Shown here piece by piece: positions 60,892-64,000 of a stretch of DNA of 64,000 nucleotides. Source of the DNA: Planctomycetota bacterium (GTDB lineage: Bacteria; Planctomycetota; UBA8108; SXIK01); contig OZ244999.1 in NCBI GenBank assembly GCA_965223265.1, positions 6,112,001-6,176,000 of the forward strand. The letters are read 5' to 3'. The notes under the pieces were generated by a model, which was given only the letters and a program-made list of their open reading frames with translations, had not been told where the DNA came from and made no database searches. Made by a program: the position numbers and the translations under genes. Positions within the stretch are counted from its first letter, which is position 1. Every line of letters begins with the position of its first letter.

Positions 60892-61215
60892 ATGCGTTTC
60901 ATCGCTCTCGACGTCAGTCTCGGTTTGATCGGCGACTTGCGAGTTCCTTTAGCGCGGCTTCGGCGTCTCGATCCGGACCTGCACCGGCAGATTCGGCGCG
61001 CTGCTTCTTCGGTGGCGCTCAATCTCTCAGAGGGAGCTGAACGCGCCGGCAAAGATCGCCAGCACCTCTTTCGCGTAGCGCGCGGCAGCGCGCGCGAGGT
61101 CGAGACGGCGCTGCGCGTCGCCCAGTCCTGGGGCGACCTGAAGCACGACGACGTCGCGAGCGCTCTCAAGACGCTCGATCGACTGCTGGCGCTTCTTGGC
61201 GGGCTGACTCGCTGA
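60892..61215 (+). CDS. Four-helix-bundle protein (23S rRNA IVP/Avd-like family)
   Basis: LHRQIRRAASSVALNLSEG..FRVARGSAREVETAL; GGAGG RBS. Confidence 0.9.
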   Translation: MRFIALDVSLGLIGDLRVPLARLRRLDPDLHRQIRRAASSVALNLSEGAERAGKDRQHLFRVARGSAREVETALRVAQSWGDLKHDDVASALKTLDRLLALLGGLTR

Positions 61216-61397
61216 GCGTTACGTCTTGTGCGCCCGCGGCGGGCGCAATCGCCTGCGTTCGAGGGGTGCGTGAGCGTCTCTCCAAAGTAGCAGGCACACT
61301 CCGTGAGCGTGGGCGTGGGCGTGTCGGTACTCTCCTTCTGGCTCTGACTCCGTACCCGTATCTGACTCTGTCTCTGTCTGTCTGTATCCGTATCGAC

Positions 61398-62981
61398 TCA
61401 CAAGTCGACCCACCGTGCCTTCGTCGCGCCGCGCACCGCCTCGACGCGCACAACCCGCTGCGTCTCTTGGGTGCAGCAAGCGGCCGCGCCAATGCGGTGC
61501 CCGACGACCCACACGATGGTGTCGCCCGCCATCACCAGTGGCACGGCATCGCGGGCGCCGGGAAGGACCCGACGCTGCCGGAAGAACTCCTTGAGCTTCT
61601 GACGCCCTGCCGCCCCGAGCGGCTGGAACCGATCGCCGCGCGAGCGCGAACGCACGGCGAGAGGCCCCAAAGCTTCGAGTCGATCCGCATCGAAAAGCTC
61701 GACGAGAGGATTCGCTTCGTGCTCCCGCCACGGTGGGCGCAGAGCAGTTCTCTGGGAATCTGAGGCCGCGCTCCTCTCGTCGCAGCGAAACCGCCAATCC
61801 CGCCAGACCACTCGGCTCGTTGCCGCCGTGCTCCTTGCCGCCGACGACGCAGACTCAAACAGTGACAGACGCGGCGCCGGGGACGCGCCGCGGCGACCGG
61901 TGGGCTCCTCAAGTGCCACGTGCAGGCGCCCGTAACGCAGGTCAAGGCCGACATCAGCCCCGAGTGCGAAGCGCCTGGGTGAACTCTCCGCAGCCCCGAC
62001 ACGCCCCTCGGCCCTGCAGCTCTGCAGCCAAACCATCACTTCATCGATGGTCGGCTGGGTCAAACGAAGTGAGCAGACAGACTCAGGCTGAGCGCCGCCG
62101 CGCTCCAGGATGCCCTGTGCCGCGAGCAGAATCGCTTCACGCACCAGGGTCGAAGGCCATCGCACCAGCTGCCGAGCACATAGGGTGACTCCCTGAGGAG
62201 AGCTTTCGATCGTGGCGGCTCGGAGCACTTCTCCCGCCACCGCGACGAGGTCGCTCTGCAGCTTCTGCATCCGCGCGCCGAGGCGACCGAGCGACACCGT
62301 CGCACCAGGCTGGGCGGACTCGAGCGCCGGCAAGACGTCGCGGCGCAAACGGTTTCTCGTCATCAGGACATCGTCGTTCGATGAATCATGGCGCGCCGTC
62401 AACCCGAAGTCATCCAGACAAGCCTTGATCTCGTCGCGGCGCCACGACAGGAGCGGACGCGCGATCGCAGTCACGCCCGCCGCATGGCTCAGTACCCGAT
62501 GAGTCGGAACACCCCCGAGACCGCGAGGGCCGCCGCCTCGAATCGCGCGCATGAGCACCGTCTCTGCCTGGTCGTCGAAGTGATGCGCGAGAACGACCGC
62601 GTCCAGACGGTGCTCCGCGGCCCAGGAACGAAACGCCGCATATCGAACCTGCCGTGCCGCCGCTTCTGGGGAAAGGCGCTGCTGTCGTGCCACTGCGGGC
62701 ACATCGACGCGCGACAACAGGAACTCGAATCCACGCTGCTGCGCGAGCACGCGAACAAACTCCGCGTCGACGTCGGCCTCAGCCCCCCTCAGTCCGTGGT
62801 GCACGTGCCCGACGAAGACCACAGGCGGATCGGCGCGCTCCCGTCGCCAGCGGGTAACCAACTCCAGCAAGCATACCGAATCCGGACCGCCCGACACCGC
62901 GACCAGAAGGCGCGCGCACGGCACCGGCAGCCGCGCTGTCGCGAGCCCCTCGCGAAACGTCTCCAGCCAGTCACGCTGCAT
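61398..62981 (-). CDS. tilS: tRNA(Ile)-lysidine synthetase
   Basis: VAVSGGPDS, HVHHGLRG, AHHFDDQAETVL, RPLL, DSSND..RNRLR; C-terminal GDRFQPLG..KLKEFF. Confidence 0.95.
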   Translation of the reverse strand: MQRDWLETFREGLATARLPVPCARLLVAVSGGPDSVCLLELVTRWRRERADPPVVFVGHVHHGLRGAEADVDAEFVRVLAQQRGFEFLLSRVDVPAVARQQRLSPEAAARQVRYAAFRSWAAEHRLDAVVLAHHFDDQAETVLMRAIRGGGPRGLGGVPTHRVLSHAAGVTAIARPLLSWRRDEIKACLDDFGLTARHDSSNDDVLMTRNRLRRDVLPALESAQPGATVSLGRLGARMQKLQSDLVAVAGEVLRAATIESSPQGVTLCARQLVRWPSTLVREAILLAAQGILERGGAQPESVCSLRLTQPTIDEVMVWLQSCRAEGRVGAAESSPRRFALGADVGLDLRYGRLHVALEEPTGRRGASPAPRLSLFESASSAARSTAATSRVVWRDWRFRCDERSAASDSQRTALRPPWREHEANPLVELFDADRLEALGPLAVRSRSRGDRFQPLGAAGRQKLKEFFRQRRVLPGARDAVPLVMAGDTIVWVVGHRIGAAACCTQETQRVVRVEAVRGATKARWVDL

Positions 62982-63028
62982 GGCTCGCCTCCCGCGCACT
63001 CCTCACGACGCAGGCGAGTTCGTTCGAT

Positions 63029-64000
63029 CTACTTTTCGGTGATCGCCTGAATCGTTCCGTCCCCTGCGACGAGGTAGATCTTTCCACGTTCCGAACGATC
63101 ACGACCATTCGTCGCGAGGTTGGTGGGAACCCAGCGAAAATCGTCACCGATCGGCAAGCGAACTCGCTCCTTACCGTCCTCGACGCCAAGGCCTGCGATG
63201 GTGTGGCCACCTGCCTGCTTGGGGTCGAGAAGCACGTAGAGGAGGTCACGTCCAAGCGAAATAACCTTGAGTACATCATCGGCGATCCACTGTGGCTCGC
63301 CATCGCGCATGCGGATACAGAAGAGTCGGTGTTGCTGCTCTCCGCCCCGGTTCTCGGAGGCTATCGCGAGCGCCAGTTCACGTCCAGCGCGATGGCTGTA
63401 GACGACCGGTGGCTGAGCAACCGGCGCTTCGACAAGGTGCTCCCAAACTTTGAGCCCGGTCGCAGCGTTTAGACAGTAGAGCTTGTAGTCGTGGGAACCG
63501 ACGAGCACCCACTGCGAGAAGAGCGCCGGCGTCGCGGTGATCTGACCGCCAGTCTCGAATAGCCACGAGAACCCGTTCTGATAACCGGCGCTGTTAGAGA
63601 AACGGTAAAGCAAGCCGTCGGTCGATCCCACATAGCAAGCGGTCGTCGTGTTGACCGGACTAGCGGCGATGAACTTGCCGGTGCGATACTCCCAGGCGAC
63701 GCCGCGAGTGTCCTTACGAATTCCGTAGACACGACTGCTGTCCGAGCCTATGAAGACGCGTTCGGCATCGGCTGCGACCGCGGTCGACACCGAGAATGGT
63801 GCTTGATGTCTCCAGAGGAGCTCGCCATGGTCGAGCCCAAGGCAGTAGATGGTGTCGTTGAGAGTTATGAAGACTTCGTCGAGCTGGTCGCGCTGCGATT
63901 CGGGATACTTAAACGTACCGGGCGCGTACTTCAGCGCAGACTCCAACCCGAAGTACCACTTTGGCATGCCGTCGCGCCGATTGAGCAACTTGAGGCGTCC
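63029..64000 (-). CDS. PQQ-type beta-propeller (BamB-like) protein, 5' part outside window
   Basis: Repeats VFIGSDSSRVY..WEY, YVGSTDGLLY, LVGSHDYKLY..WEH. Confidence 0.75.
   Translation of the reverse strand, partial: GRLKLLNRRDGMPKWYFGLESALKYAPGTFKYPESQRDQLDEVFITLNDTIYCLGLDHGELLWRHQAPFSVSTAVAADAERVFIGSDSSRVYGIRKDTRGVAWEYRTGKFIAASPVNTTTACYVGSTDGLLYRFSNSAGYQNGFSWLFETGGQITATPALFSQWVLVGSHDYKLYCLNAATGLKVWEHLVEAPVAQPPVVYSHRAGRELALAIASENRGGEQQHRLFCIRMRDGEPQWIADDVLKVISLGRDLLYVLLDPKQAGGHTIAGLGVEDGKERVRLPIGDDFRWVPTNLATNGRDRSERGKIYLVAGDGTIQAITEK

Noticed and set aside
60377-60928. Poly-HA/HT/CV/CA ORFs, or a CRISPR-like array
   Set aside because: Translations of the hexamer microsatellite; the 'spacers' are low-complexity repeats, not unique sequences.

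Overview
Bacterial DNA, most likely from an uncultured Planctomycetota lineage. This is an inference from the dockerin-tailed PKD proteins, a membrane-tethered ECF sigma factor, HEAT and FGE proteins, and GTAG REP-like repeats. The window has two parts. (1) Positions 1 to ~38.56 kb are a mosaic genomic island abutting the 3' end of tRNA-Pro(TGG). It has a phage-satellite/IME-like backbone: TOPRIM primase-helicase, two excisionase-like HTH genes, an RHH protein, a phage SSAP-like protein, iteron/inverted-repeat blocks and a shared bipartite promoter-like motif. It also holds many IS elements and relics (IS5/ISNCY, ISKra4, ISL3, IS21 plus a MITE, an rve-type IS, resolvase and tyrosine-recombinase fragments). 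Its conflict-type cargo includes a >1045-aa SIR2-degenerate STAND-helical repeat protein missed by the ORF track, a HExxH + HEPN-like pair, a frameshifted NDT-PRTase fusion, a HAD-PfkB-AAA+ fusion and an output-less Cache-PAS receptor. (2) Positions ~39-64 kb are host backbone: two tandem PKD-cohesin-dockerin proteins, two ECF/anti-sigma pairs, MshEN-like proteins, hemW, a DUF4388-like/TPR/propeller protein, rsgA, a TPR-peptidase, a repeat-flanked four-helix-bundle gene, tilS and a partial PQQ-propeller gene. All domain calls come from motifs read by eye; no database searches were run.
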